This document shows positions 1-12,250 of a stretch of 64,000 nucleotides of DNA, one piece after another. Numbering within the stretch: position 1 is the stretch's first letter; each line of letters starts with the position of its first letter. The position numbers and the translations under genes were made by a program. Location of the stretch: assembly GCF_009914755.1 (NCBI RefSeq), contig NC_060932.1; one strand, 5' to 3'. A model generated the notes under the pieces. That model was not told the origin of the DNA and searched no databases. It was given only the letters and a program-made list of their open reading frames with translations. The DNA comes from the human T2T-CHM13v2.0 reference genome, Homo sapiens.

Positions 1-667
1 GATAATTTGGGGTAGGTTGGAGAATCCAGAAGCTATCATATAGATTTTGGGTATGGAAAGGTAGGAGAGTAATAGAAACAAAGGTTTAGGAAGTTTTACC
101 ATGGGTTATGAATTACATTCCACTTAACATTATTTGAAGACCAAAGGTAAAGCCTGTATTTGTCCTAATAATTATCTATGGCTAATTGAGTAGCGATTTT
201 CTGAGTATCCATGAACACATGAAGTCCTAGATTATATTAAGAGCATAAAGTAAGACATTGAGGTCATCAGAAAAGCTTGTCATGAAAAAATCCAGCACTG
301 TTTATTTCTCTACAGTGGAACTAGAATTAATTTATATTTTGTTCTTTATATTTTTCTCAATTTTTTCCAAGCTTTCTTATATAAGAAAGTGCATGACTTA
401 TATAGCCAGAAAAATGCATATATAATATATATTATTCAGAAAAAAGTTCCAAAAAACTTACTATTGTCTGTCCCTTCAATTGCTGCTGGAAGAATGTTTG
501 ATAGCGAAGCAGAAAAAGAAAGCATGGAGAAAGGGCTCTCTCAGTATATGGGGTGGGGATGGGAGAGGAACAGCCGTGGAACCCCTCCCACCATGGCCTT
601 GGCCTTGTTCACAGGAGAGCAGTTTGCCCTAAGTAGTTTTGTAGAAGGCATTAAAAAAATTGCATCA

Positions 668-983
<316 letters not shown>

Positions 984-1159
984 TCAATAAAACAGCAACT
1001 TGCCATAGAAATAGTTATGACAGTCTGTTTTATATATAATCAAAAGATCTGTACACAGAATTTGATGTGAATGATGTATCCACAGAGAGCCAGTAATTTA
1101 AGTGCACCCAGAGATGACTGCCTGCCCTGATTATACTCCTGCAGATGCTGCCAGGGGAG

Positions 1160-1420
1160 GAGCAGTGTGGTCTGGAAAAAGCATGGACTTGGGTTCTCTG
1201 AAGTTAGACAAGCCTAGATTGGAATATCAGTTTTGCCACTTACTGGCTGTGTGACTTCAGTCAAGTTATTAATTGTTTTTGTGCCTCCGCTTCTCCATCT
1301 GTAACATGGATTTAATTAAGTCCATATCACCTGGGTGCTATGAACAATAATATTGAGAAATGGGATTATATAATATACATTTAAGCACCTAGTGGAACTC
1401 TGAGAAGTAAGAGGTGCCCA
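1160..1420 (+). mobile_element. MIR SINE
   Basis: MIR core GCCACTTACTGGCTGTGTGACTT...GTGCCTCCGCTTCTCCATCTGTAACATGG; ends approximate. Confidence 0.85.
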
Positions 1421-1819
1421 ATTAGCTTTATCCTTACTGCCATTCCCACTTATAGCTCCCACCCCCCACCACATCTCTTCTGCCCTGCCCCAAAGTTCTC
1501 AAAGCAAGGGGGGCTGGGTGGGGATAGGAGGGGTTGGAGGCAGGGAAGGAGTCAGGGAGGGAAACTGACTGGAAAGATTATTTTATCATAAAATAATTTT
1601 CCTGCCAAGTTCCCCACTTACTCCTGGATTTATTTTTCCTTTTGTGCATAGATAAGGGTATGTGTTAGCGTATTCCTGTCTGAATTTAGAGGCATTTCTT
1701 AAAAAGTCATCCAGCATCATATTACATTAGTTCTTAAACTCCACATACAAGGAAGCATTCCAGAGTACTCATATGTCTTGGGATGTACCTTTTATCAAAC
1801 AATCAAGAAATTATAATAA

Positions 1820-2000
1820 GCAACTCTGATATAATCTTTATGAAGTGCCAGGAACTTGTCTAAATTTTTTACCATACAAAGTAGGCGCCATGACAATCTT
1901 CATTTTATGCATGAGGAAATTGAGGCACAGAGAGGCTGAATAACCTGACCAAGATTATTCTTCAGGCCAATGTCAAGTCTGGATTTAAGCTCAGAGCAGA
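1820..2000 (-). mobile_element. MIR SINE
   Basis: CATTTTATGCATGAGGAAATTGAGGCACAGAGAGG is the reverse MIR core. Confidence 0.85.
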
Positions 2001-2311
2001 AGTCAAGAAAGTGCAGCTGGTGGGCCAAATACAGCTCATCAGATATTGTATAGAGAAGACTTCTGTAGCCAGCCTTCTCCTCCTCAAGGCCACCTCATCA
2101 TCACTCCCTTTCTCTGTTACTAATCCTAGTGTTCTGTTTTTATAGCTCTCAGAACCCGATCCTATTTATGCACTGACTTGTGTATCATCGTGTATACATA
2201 CATACATTGTATATTGTATGACTCAAGTTAAAAATAATTTCTACCTTTTTTTCTCTTTTCCCACACTACACTGATGTAAGTTTTTACTTTTTTAAATAAA
2301 TATATATTAAA

Positions 2312-2673
2312 TACAGTCCCTGACTCACAATGGTTTGACTTACAATTCTTTGACTTTACAATGGTACAAAAGTGAGATGTATTTGGAAGAAACAGTACTT
2401 CAAGTACTCATACAGCTATTCTGTTTTTCACTTTCAATACAGCCTTGAAAAAATTGAGATATTCAAAGTTTATTATAAAATAGGCTTTATGTTAAATGAT
2501 TTTCCCTAGCTATAAGCTAATAGAAGTATTCTGAATACTCTTAAGGTAGGCTAGGCTAAGCTGTGATGTTCAATAGGTTAGGTGTATTCAGTGTATTTGT
2601 GACTTAAAATGATATTTTGAACTTCAAATTAATTTATCAAGACATAGCCCCATCATAAGTTAAAGAATGTCTA
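2312..2673 (-). mobile_element. MER47A (TcMar-Tigger MITE), near full length
   Basis: TTAAGGTAGGCTAGGCTAAGCT...AGGTTAGGTGTATT and terminal GACTTACAAT-type repeats match the recalled MER47A consensus. Confidence 0.85.
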
Positions 2674-2689
2674 TAGTTATACAATAAAA

Positions 2690-2775
2690 TTCTCAATGTT
2701 TCCTTTTGGCCGTCCAAACCTAAAATATGTACAACCCATTTCTTTACAAAAGAAGTTTGCTGCTCCCTTATCTAG
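2690..2775 (+). mobile_element. MER58-like (hAT-Charlie) 3' end; probable 5' end near 2010-2050
   Basis: CCTAAAATATGTAC...TTTACAAAAGAAGTTTGCTGCTCCCT resembles the MER58 3' terminus; GTGGGCCAAATACAGC resembles its 5' part. Confidence 0.5.
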
Positions 2776-3204
2776 TGTATCTTAATCACTATAAATATTC
2801 CCTCTCATTACATGCAGTTTCAAGCACAATCTGCAACCCACAGCAATAAAATTATCAGTTATCAAGCAGGAAGGCATCATCATCATCATCCCTTCCACTG
2901 TACAGTCGGTTTAGGGTAACACAAGCAGCATTGTATGCAGGCATGGCCTGCCAATCAGTGACACAAATGCTCTGGGCTCTCAGGGGCTATCAGTAACTAG
3001 GATAGGTGCTGAGGCAAATACAGTGGTAGATGACACTACCTTCATCCTGAAGATTTACCATCAAAATATCCCAAAATAGTGCATTAAGAGCTATCCAAGT
3101 CTTTAGGTGAACTAAACCTTCAGCCAAAATATTCTCTAGTAGATTATCAAGCCACCTAGTGAGAGAGAGAAATCAGACAAACATAAATTTCTGTGTTTGG
3201 GGGG

Positions 3205-3370
3205 AAATTTGTCACTCACTCTGTGCCCAATTTCCTCTTCCACACAATGGGGTTGGTGATGACATCTACCTCATGGAGTCATTGTAGGATTTGACTGGGA
3301 CAATAGATGTCAAGTAGTTAGCACTTTAAGTAGTTGAGACATAAACTCTCAATAAATGTCTAGTATTACC
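3205..3370 (+). mobile_element. MIR SINE
   Basis: CTCTGTGCCCAATTTCCTC...ATCTACCTCATGG...CTCAATAAATG. Confidence 0.75.
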
Positions 3371-3695
3371 GGTATTGCCCCAGAATTTCTTAGTGGTAGA
3401 ACAAAGAAAGCCCTCTGTAGAAAGGCTTCAGCAGGGTTATAGTCACCCTGAAATTGCACTAAAATTTTATATTTAAGATGCATTTTTCTGGGGAGAGTTT
3501 CTGTAACGTACTTCAGATTCTCTGAGAAATCTGGAACTCAGAAATATTAAGTGCCACAACTCAAAATGATATGAACTAGGGGAGATACATGAAGGCTTTT
3601 GGGAGAAAGATGTGCGCATCCCCAGACATGTCCCCTCTGATGCACCACAGAAACCTGTCAGTTGGTACTGATCTACCCTCCTCCTCCTCCTTCTC

Positions 3696-3697
<2 letters not shown>

Positions 3698-3741
<44 letters not shown>
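3698..3741. repeat. (AC)22 microsatellite
   Basis: Uninterrupted AC dinucleotide run. Confidence 0.98.
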
Positions 3742-3743
<2 letters not shown>

Positions 3744-3821
3744 CATCCTACTCTCCAGCATTCAGGGAAGAAAACAGAGGCAAATGTTGTGAGCTGCATC
3801 CTTGCAGTCAACTGCTCTTGG

Positions 3822-4055
3822 GACTTCTGTAGCCAGTCTTCCTCCCTCAGTGCCCCCTCATCATCATTCCCATTCTCTGTCAACTGATCCTAGTGTTCTT
3901 TTTTATAGCTTTCAGAAATTGATGCTATTTATGCAGTTACTTGAGTATCATTGCCATCTACTATTTGAATATAGGCTCCATGAAGATAGGAACTTGGTCC
4001 GTCTTGCTCATGACTGAATTCTCCGTATTTGGCTCAATAGACATTTGATCAACAA
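3822..4055 (+). mobile_element. L2 LINE 3' end
   Basis: GAATATAGGCTCCATGAAGATAGGAAC...GGCTCAATAGACATTTG matches the L2 3' terminus. Confidence 0.8.
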
Positions 4056-4449
4056 GTAAAAGAGACCCCAAAAATCCCCAGAAAATTTCAGTTCAGCTTG
4101 CACATGAACAATGAAAGGCAGCTTGAGAATCTTGACTCTACTGTGAATGCCAAATAGCCTGCTTAACCAAGGTTGTCCAAATTCAGCTAAGGGATGCATC
4201 AGGATGGACACCATGAGTGTTTTGTGTGGAAACAGAGTGAGGGTTTGCCTATCATTAAGCAACTTGTGAGTAACGAGTGTATAACATCCAGGATGTTTTG
4301 ACATTTGGGCTTCTTACATCTGACTGCTGCCACCTCGGGCCAGTACATAACTTAGGGGTAGGGTAGCTACGCTTATAGACCTGAAATTCTAGTATAATAA
4401 TAAGACAAAATATCTGAATTAAGACAGTCATAAAAATAATCTTGGGTTT

Positions 4450-4580
4450 CTTTTATTTATTCATACATTCAACAAATATTCATGGAGCCTTGTTATGCAC
4501 TAGGCACTGGGAACTGAGCTGTGAACAAAACAGATAAATCCTTATACTTGGGATATTTATATCCAAGTGGAGGACTAATG
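4450..4580 (-). mobile_element. L2 LINE 3' end
   Basis: ATTCATACATTCAACAAATATT...TAGGCACTGGG...GTGAACAAAACAGA. Confidence 0.8.
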
Positions 4581-4725
4581 AGAAATCCTTCTCCTCCCCC
4601 AGTCCTATTCTCTAGAGCCCTTCAATATCTGATTTGATCAAACTTACCAAAAATACTTTTTGCACAAGGCAGCACACCCACATGCCCCTCGTATATAGAC
4701 AGTGCATCAAATGTGTTATGGTTGA

Positions 4726-4936
4726 CAGTAGTTGTTCTCAACCAAGGGCCATGTTGCCTTCTCTCTAGAAGACATTTCTCAATGTCTGGAGACATTTTTA
4801 GTATCACAAGAAGGGGGATGTGCTAATGGCACCAGTGGGGAATGCTGCCAACCATTCTACAATGCACAGGACAGCTCCTCACAACAAAGAATTATCTGGT
4901 CCCAGATTACCTAAGTGCTGAGGTTGAGATGCCCTG
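4726..4936 (+). mobile_element. MER20 (hAT-Charlie MITE)
   Basis: CAATGTCTGGAGACATTTTT...TACAATGCACAGGACAGC...GTGCTGAGGTTGAGATGCCCTG. Confidence 0.9.
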
Positions 4937-5029
4937 GTCTACAGTCGACATCTAATAGCCAGATCCAAGCAGCAGTTATACTTTCCCTGATTTCCTTTAA
5001 TATAATAATATCCAGCATTAAAGAGCCAT

Positions 5030-5508
5030 TGTAGACATTGGGAGTTTTCCCACTGCTCAGAAGTTTTTAAACACCCTTCCCTCATCTAAGAAACCTTTCA
5101 CATCCCCAAGGTGGAAACAAGAAACTCACTTTCCCATTCTCCTTTGTAATGCTCCACCTCAGCCATACCAACCACAATGAGTGAGAGTATCACTGAAAAG
5201 TGAGCAAGATGAGAGAGCCGATGCTGGGTAGAAACTATTTTTTGGCTAGAGATGGCAGTGATGGCTGGAAGTGGAATTTCTGACATCCTGAGCCCAGAAT
5301 GTGAGCTGGGGTCTCTGTCCTCATAGCATCGATGGAGTCTGTACTGGTTCATTCCCATTGTATGGTATGGATGTAATCCTTCTCCATAGAGCCTCCCAGT
5401 GTGACTCTCCAGCCATCTTGGAGACGTGAAGCACTAATATTCTTCAAAAAATTCTTTTTTCCCCTAAACCCACTTAATGGGTTCTGTTTGCATTTTTTCA
5501 TAAGAACA
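5030..5508 (+). mobile_element. ERVL solo LTR (LTR33-like)
   Basis: TGTAGACATT start, CTCACTTTCCCA motif and LTR-like 3' region; subfamily uncertain. Confidence 0.55.
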
Positions 5509-6264
5509 AGCAAAAAAACTGTTCACAGTCGATAGGAAATCTAAGAAGGATGGACTCACAATTCACCTAGAACTCACTCACTGGCTTACACTAATCATCT
5601 TATTTTGGGGTAAAAACCACCTTGGCTACTAACACAGTAAAACACCCTAGTGTGCGCTGCATGAAAAAGGTATTTCAAAGATAATGTCTTCATCAACAGC
5701 AAAAGAAGAAACCTTGTCCTCTGTCTTATCAAATAGCCAATGCCTTCATCCAGCCAGTTTTTCCCCAGCTGTAAATACAACCTATGTGAGTTTGTCTCTA
5801 TTTTGCAAGCACAGGAAATAGGAATCATAAGCCACCTGTGCTCCTTTCACATCAAATTAAAAGGGAGATAAAAAGATTGAAAGGAAGCGTGGGAAAACAA
5901 AACCTCCATAAAAATTTTAAAGTCAGACTGCCCTTGAGCCAGCTTGAACGTTGGTTTAAGTGGATTATGATGCCAGCTTTCGAGGACATGCTCTACCATG
6001 GGAATGGAGAGACGGTGCATGGAAGATGCACCACCTTCATCTTGTATTTGCCACTGTGGGAGAAGACTGACCTGTTAGCCTTTTCTGCTCACCAGTTCAT
6101 CTTTTGCTGGGAGAGAGAATTCTGAGTGCAGAATTCTTCACATTATCCATGCAGAACTAGGAAAATTGCCAAAAGTTATGGGTCTGTACAGAGTTAGTGT
6201 CACAGTAAGAATCTCATTGCCCAAGCAATAGGGTCTAAAATCACGATCTTATTCAAAGTAACAG

Positions 6265-6455
6265 CGACCACTTACCTCATGCCTCATATGTGCCAGATAC
6301 TTTTCTTACATTATTTTTAATCTCCATAGCAATTATCTAAGGTAGATAATATCTAGAGATGAGGAAACTGGGGCTCTAGGAGTATGCAAGATTTGTCCAA
6401 GGTCTCACAGCAATATCTTAGTAGAGTCTGTCTAGAATCAAAGCCAATTTGTCTT
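6265..6455 (-). mobile_element. MIR SINE
   Basis: AGATGAGGAAACTGGGGCTC...TTTGTCCAAGGTCTCACAGC. Confidence 0.85.
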
Positions 6456-7056
6456 TTTGCCCTATCATGGTTCATCTCTACTTCACTCTAACTCCATCCT
6501 AAAAACCACCTTCCCCATCCACTATATAAATGAATGATAGCACCACCCTTTCAGTAAAAGGATCTAGACATTCACCATCTCTCTACCATCCTAGCAGCAA
6601 CTGCAATGCTTGGAAAATAGTCGAGGATTAGTAAGAGCTTGTCAAATGAGACACAGTTTGTTGTTCTGGCCCTGACATGAAACAGGTAATCAAGTAAACG
6701 TATATTTTATATATAGTCACTTCACTTTCCTAGTCACTAATTTCCTTATCTATAAGACAAGGGTATTGGGCCAAAAGTCTAGTCTTAAAGGTTCCTTTCA
6801 AGTCATTTATTGAAAGTTTGTCTGATACTTTATTTTTTACTAAACTTTATATATTCCTTAAATACACACTCAAAGAAACATATACAGGTAAATACAGACA
6901 AGCTCTATCTAATGGTGTTAACTGTCACTTAGTATATAAAGACATCTTCTCTCAGAGAAATTGGTCACATGTTCTTTCTTTAGACAACTGCTCATCATGT
7001 CCTTTGACTAATCATAAGCCAACAGTAAGAAGTTAAGAGTGCCAAGAAAAGGTAAC

Positions 7057-7530
7057 TGTGTTAAGTTGCATTTGTATTTTTCCAAGTATTTACTCTCCCA
7101 TTCTTTCATATCTATAAGAGGATTATCCATCCCCACCCACTGGCATGTGCGTACAGTGCCTCCATGAGGGGCGTTTATCTGTTTTTCTTCACAATGAATT
7201 TATCACATTCCTTGCTTTGGCCAATAGAATGTGAGTGGGCATACGATGTGTGCATGTCTGAACAGAAGTCATGAAACAATTGCCTGGTTCTGATTTATCT
7301 CCTGCTTTTTTTTTCTTTGGCGTTAAATTGGTATGTGCGAGATAGAGGTTGATCTTTCAACTTTGACCTGGTATTGAGAAGGCACCTGAGGCAAAACCAG
7401 AGCTGATCTAGAGTTGACATACACAGTGGACATATAAAATGAATAAAAGATAAAACTTTTAGATTGTAAGCCACTGTAATTTGGAAGATGTTTGTTACTG
7501 CAGCATAACCTATCAAAGGCTGACTTATAA
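7057..7530 (+). mobile_element. MLT1J-like MaLR solo LTR
   Basis: CTTGCTTTGGCCAATAGAATGTGAGTGG and TGTAAGCCACTG...TTTGTTACTGCAGCATAACCTA are MLT1 hallmarks. Confidence 0.85.
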
Positions 7531-7545
7531 AAAATATTTCAGATA

Positions 7546-8413
7546 CCGTTAGTTCTCACTGTTCACAGTAGTTATGTTTTATGAAGTTTCCATGGATACT
7601 GAATGAGCGAACAGTGAACTAATGTTCCTAGGTAAAATAGAAGATTAGGTTCCCGTGAGCTCTGGGCAAAACATTTTCATCATCCAAGCAATACATAATC
7701 TTGCTTTATGTGTGTTTCTATGTAAAGACACCTTATTCAATATATTTTGTTGATTCATTAAAATTAAACTCATGGCCAGCAGCATTATAGCTCATGCCTA
7801 AATGAGGCTTATCTAACATGTATATATTTTCTATAAGACATTTCACAGTCTTCTTGACTCAAGAACACTACACAGCACTTCAGCACTATGCTGAAATGGG
7901 GCCATTTTAAACAGAAAAATCACCACCAACAAAAATTAGCTGGGAGTGGTGGTGCACACCTGTAGTTCAAGCTACTTGGGAGACTGAGGCAGAAGAATCG
8001 TTTGAACCTAGGAGGCAGAGGTCGCAGTGAGACAAGATTGCACCACTGTACTTCAGCCTGGGCAACAGAGTGAGTCTCCATCTCAAGAAAGAAAACAAAA
8101 CAAAAACAAAACAAAAGAAACAAACAAAAAAACACTTCATCAAAAAGCATAAAAATGGGGAAAATGTGGAGCTAAGTAGATTGAAAGGGACACTTATTAC
8201 AATGTGAGAGCTGAAATGAGATAGCAGAGGCTCACCTTGTTTACCCTCAGCTAGGATCATGTGTGTCAACTGACTTAGATGTTTTGCCACCCACTCTAAG
8301 CATGTCCAAGAATCACTGTAAAAGCACCATGAGTATTGATTTGGGGATTTAAGTATGTTTTAGCAAGTAGGTGAGTTCACAAATATAGAATCCATGAATA
8401 ATAAAGATCTACT
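7546..8413 (+). mobile_element. MER82 (TcMar-Tigger), full length, interrupted by an Alu
   Basis: Follows the recalled MER82 consensus (GTAGTTATGTTTTATGAAGT...CAGCACTTCAGCACTA...GAATCCATGAATAAT); TA at both ends. Confidence 0.88.
7930..8132 (+). mobile_element. 5'-truncated AluS (right arm) inside MER82
   Basis: AAAATTAGCTGGGAGTGGTGG...GAGTCTCCATCTC plus (AAAAC)n tail. Confidence 0.92.
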
Positions 8414-8415
8414 CT

Positions 8416-8600
8416 ATTTACATGTGCCACATCATTTAACCCTCATAACAATCCCAAAAGGTGAGTATTTTTATCACCATTGTAGAGAAAAGTAAGATTC
8501 TGACAGTGAAATAATGTGTCCAAAGGTATAACTAATTCGTGATAAAGCAAGAATTTAAAGGTTTTTAAAGTCTTCTAGGTTTGCATGGCTCCAAAATCAC
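8416..8600 (-). mobile_element. MIR SINE
   Basis: TCATTTAACCCTCATAACAATCCC...GGTGAGTATTTTTATCACCATT. Confidence 0.75.
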
Positions 8601-8859
8601 AGTATGGCTCTTTTCTCTGCCCCATATTGTCTCCCAGTAGAAGGAAAGTTGACATGTGGCACCAAGACTCAACTTATCTGCCTGGATTTCAGGGCCCTGC
8701 TTAATCTGATTGCTCATGGTATTTTCCATCTCCATTCAATCCATGCTCACCAACACCCTCCTCTTCAGTGAAGAGATTCTTTCCTCCCATTGTGCTCAGC
8801 CTCCATTTTTAGTTCTACTTTGACACGGAATATGCTCTTCTGTCACGCATCTGGTCCAC

Positions 8860-8996
8860 ATTCTCAAGGCTGGTTGGAGAAGCCTGGAGATTATTTGGTC
8901 CAATCTTGATGCTTCCAGCTCAGACCCAGAGAGGGTCAGTGATTTTCCCAATGTTAGTGAGAGTCTGAGTAAGGACTTGAACACAGATTTGCTGAC
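8860..8996 (-). mobile_element. MIR3-like SINE
   Basis: GGAGATTATTTGGTCCAA...GACCCAGAGAGGGTCAGTGATTTTCCCAA...GGACTTGAACACAG. Confidence 0.65.
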
Positions 8997-9254
8997 CTTG
9001 GGGCAATTATCCCTGGGATTGTTTCACTTTTCCTCCCACCCCAAAAGCAATTACCTTTAACCTTAGAGCAAACAAATGGGCAGAGGAGGGGCGGGAGTGG
9101 CAAAAGCAAATCATTACCACTCAGAGGTATTTACAAATGATTTCAAAGGGTTTTTAGGAAGGAGACAGCTGATGACTTTGTCAGTCAAACAGCCTCCTGT
9201 TCTAAAAGAAGCCAACAAACCATTGAAGAATAATAGCAGAGACCTTCTGGTCTT

Positions 9255-9480
9255 TGAATTCATACAGCACTTTTCACCTCTGAAGCTCAAGGCTCCTTCC
9301 GGATGTTATCTCATTCTTCTTCCCAGATCACTAGTAGAGAGTAGTTGCAAGTATTGTACCCATTTTGCTGATAGAAACATTAAGCCTCAAACGCAGTAAG
9401 AGATTTGATCAGAATCAGAAAAATCAACAACCTTATTCTGCAGAACCAGGGTTAAAGCTGAGAACTAGAATCAAAACTTA
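9255..9480 (-). mobile_element. Ancient CORE-SINE (MIR/MIR1_Amn-like)
   Basis: ATACAGCACTTTTCA...CTCAAGG then AGTATTGTACCCATTTTGCTGATAGAAACATTAAG, a degenerate MIR core. Confidence 0.5.
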
Positions 9481-9719
9481 GCCCTTTCAAATCTTATCCT
9501 AAGCCATAGAAGGAATTGTCTAGAAATGAGACTGAAACAAGGGGGAAAAGAGGACTGGCATTTGTTGAAGATGTGTTGTGTCAAATGTCTCATATTAAAG
9601 ATATCACAGGTCCTTGGTATCCATCCTGTGAAGTAGAAATTGTTATCCTCACTTTATAGACAGAGAAAAGATTTGACCACAGATATTCATAACATCAAAG
9701 CCAGCATCATTGATAAAAC

Positions 9720-10030
9720 TGCAGAAAGTGCCTGGTATTTGCAGAAGACTATGCTAGGCCCAATGAGCGTACAGTGAAGCACAAGATGAAGATGTAGCAA
9801 GAACTTATTATGCACCAGGCATCAGAGATCGGAAGATAACTAAGACATGCCCTCCAGGAGTCAACACTCTATTTGAACAGAGAAGAGGAGCATGTGGAGC
9901 ATACAGAGAATAATCCAGAACCCACTCTCTTGTTGAGTACTTTCTACGTGCCAGGCACTGTGCTCTTCATGGTAGAGATTCAACAGGGAACAAAAACACA
10001 GTTCTTGCCTTCGTGTAGCTCACTATGCTT
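9720..10030 (-). mobile_element. L2 fragments
   Basis: TTGAGTACTTTCTACGTGCCAGGCACTGTGCT...AGTTCTTGCCTTCGTGTAGCTCAC. Confidence 0.7.
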
Positions 10031-11093
10031 GATTGTCAATGTATTCCAAGGGATGCTGCATACCCAAAGATTCGGGGCAGGCACAGGAGAAAAGGGAGGA
10101 CTTTGACTTTGTGTGCTTTATCTTAAAACTCATGCAAATTTAACATCCTACTCTATAAAATATGGAGGTTCATTTTAACATTACTATATATTTCCTAATA
10201 ATCAAGTTAAATTATTTGCCTTTTTTTTCTTTATCAACCTTTCCAAAACAGTTGAGACTTCAGGGTACCATTCACATTGACTCTGGAGCATAAATGAACT
10301 CCTAACAAACTAGAGCTATACCATCAGGATGCACAAGCCTGATTTAAAAGTGCTGGCAAATAGGCACAGTCCTATTCTGTCGACACCACTTTGATTCAAT
10401 ATCGTTAGTGTCTACTATGTGCTATTATGCAGTGTTCAGTGCTGGGGGAAACAAAACAAAACAAAACAAAACAAAAACAACCAAAACCAAAAACTGGGAT
10501 AATGGAGAAGAAAACTTCAAATTATTTCTATTCAATGAAGTTGGAGCTATGGCCAAAATAGCTAGAGGGGCCAAGAGGGGCCACCCAAACCAGATTAATA
10601 AGTTCCAGGTTCCTCTCATATTTGCACATTAAAAGCACACAATAAATGTTTTTGGCTGATAGAGTCACATCAGTTTTGTCTTAATCTTACAAAATATGTG
10701 TTCCTTATAAAGCACATAATCACACCCAGCCTTGCAGCTCCACGTGGGGGGCACAAAGAGGGTAGGGCTGCTTTCTGGACCCAGGAGTCTAATTAACTCT
10801 CTCATCAAGCCAGTCCAGTTGGGCCTCCAGCCTCCTACCCCACCCCCACCTTGGATGTGCCCTTTGGCAGCATTTACAGGAGTGGTCTCCCTCTCATTCC
10901 CCAAGCAAAGAAAGTTTCTCACATGGTGATCTATGAATGTGTCTGCTCATGACTTCTCTGGAAGTTAATTCTATTACCTTGTGGGTTGGATTGACAACTG
11001 CCAAAGGATTTCCTCACGCCTCTGGGACATGGACCTCCTGGCAGTGACTCTTTCTACACTGCTGCAACCTGACAAATTTAAAAATGAATCATT

Positions 11094-11400
<307 letters not shown>

Positions 11401-11494
11401 CTATCTACATCAAAATCCTTTATTTTTCCCTCCTTGTTATGAACTAGCCCAGAAGCCTCAGACTTACTGCACTTTCTATTGTCAGTATATTCAG

Positions 11495-11690
11495 ATTAAA
11501 CTAACATTTACTGAGAACCCATTGTGTGTCTCTCATGTTTATAAATATTATTTAATCATATGTCCTGATTAGCCCTGGGAATTAAATGAGTGTTACCATT
11601 TTCAAGATGGGTTCTCTGAAGCTTAAAAAAATAAGTTACTAAGCCAAGTCTCCAAATTCCAGTTCTACTACTTTTCCCTCTCAACAGTGT
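11495..11690 (-). mobile_element. MIR SINE
   Basis: CTAACATTTACTGAGAACCCATTGTGTG...CCATTTTCAAGATGG. Confidence 0.65.
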
Positions 11691-12059
11691 TGCCTAAACC
11701 TTTGGATGGATAGATGGATGGATGGATAGAGAAAGAGACAAAGCAGGAAAGAGAAAAGAGAAAGGCATATATATATTTTTTTCTTCATTCTGGGGGCCCA
11801 CCCTGAAACTACTGAATCACAGTCTCTAGAGGTTCTCAGGCAACTAGCCCAGCTGTTTTTGCCAACTGGAATTTATGAGCCACCGCAAGAGACCACATGC
11901 AGCTTCATGTAAAACAAATTATTTTTAAGCACGCAGACTGAGCAGTGATATGAGGAGTGCACAGGAGTGCCTACGCCTACTCCTGGTCTCCATGAGTCTC
12001 CTTTGCAAAGTCAAGTATTACAAGATTCTAGAACACATATTGCCTGCCACTGATAATTT

Positions 12060-12250
12060 AGTTGTTCAGCAAACATTCATTTGTTGAGTTGCACGCCAGA
12101 CACTATACTAGATGATGGGACAACTAAAGGGTAATGAACAGTTCTGTCTCTATGTAAAAATAATAATGATGATGATGATGAGATGGGACTTCAATTGAGG
12201 AAGTGCCATTGGGGAGGTATGTAAAAAGTGCTATGGAAAAAAAGCAACAG
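12060..12250 (-). mobile_element. L2 3' fragment
   Basis: TTCAGCAAACATTCATTTGTTGAG...GCCAGACACTATACTAG...AAGTGCTATGG. Confidence 0.7.

Noticed and set aside
3150-3162. CTCF-like AGCCACCTAGTGA (also CTGCCCCTAGTGG near 36035)
   Set aside because: Mismatches at informative positions; cannot be supported without a PWM score or ChIP data.
3624-3633. p53 half-site AGACATGTCC (others near 9843 and 22522)
   Set aside because: No adjacent second half-site.
11962-11985. Short hairpin CAGGAGT...ACTCCTG (similar 7-8 bp stems near 6014 and 38955-39003)
   Set aside because: Stems of this length are expected by chance in 64 kb and are too short for a pre-miRNA.
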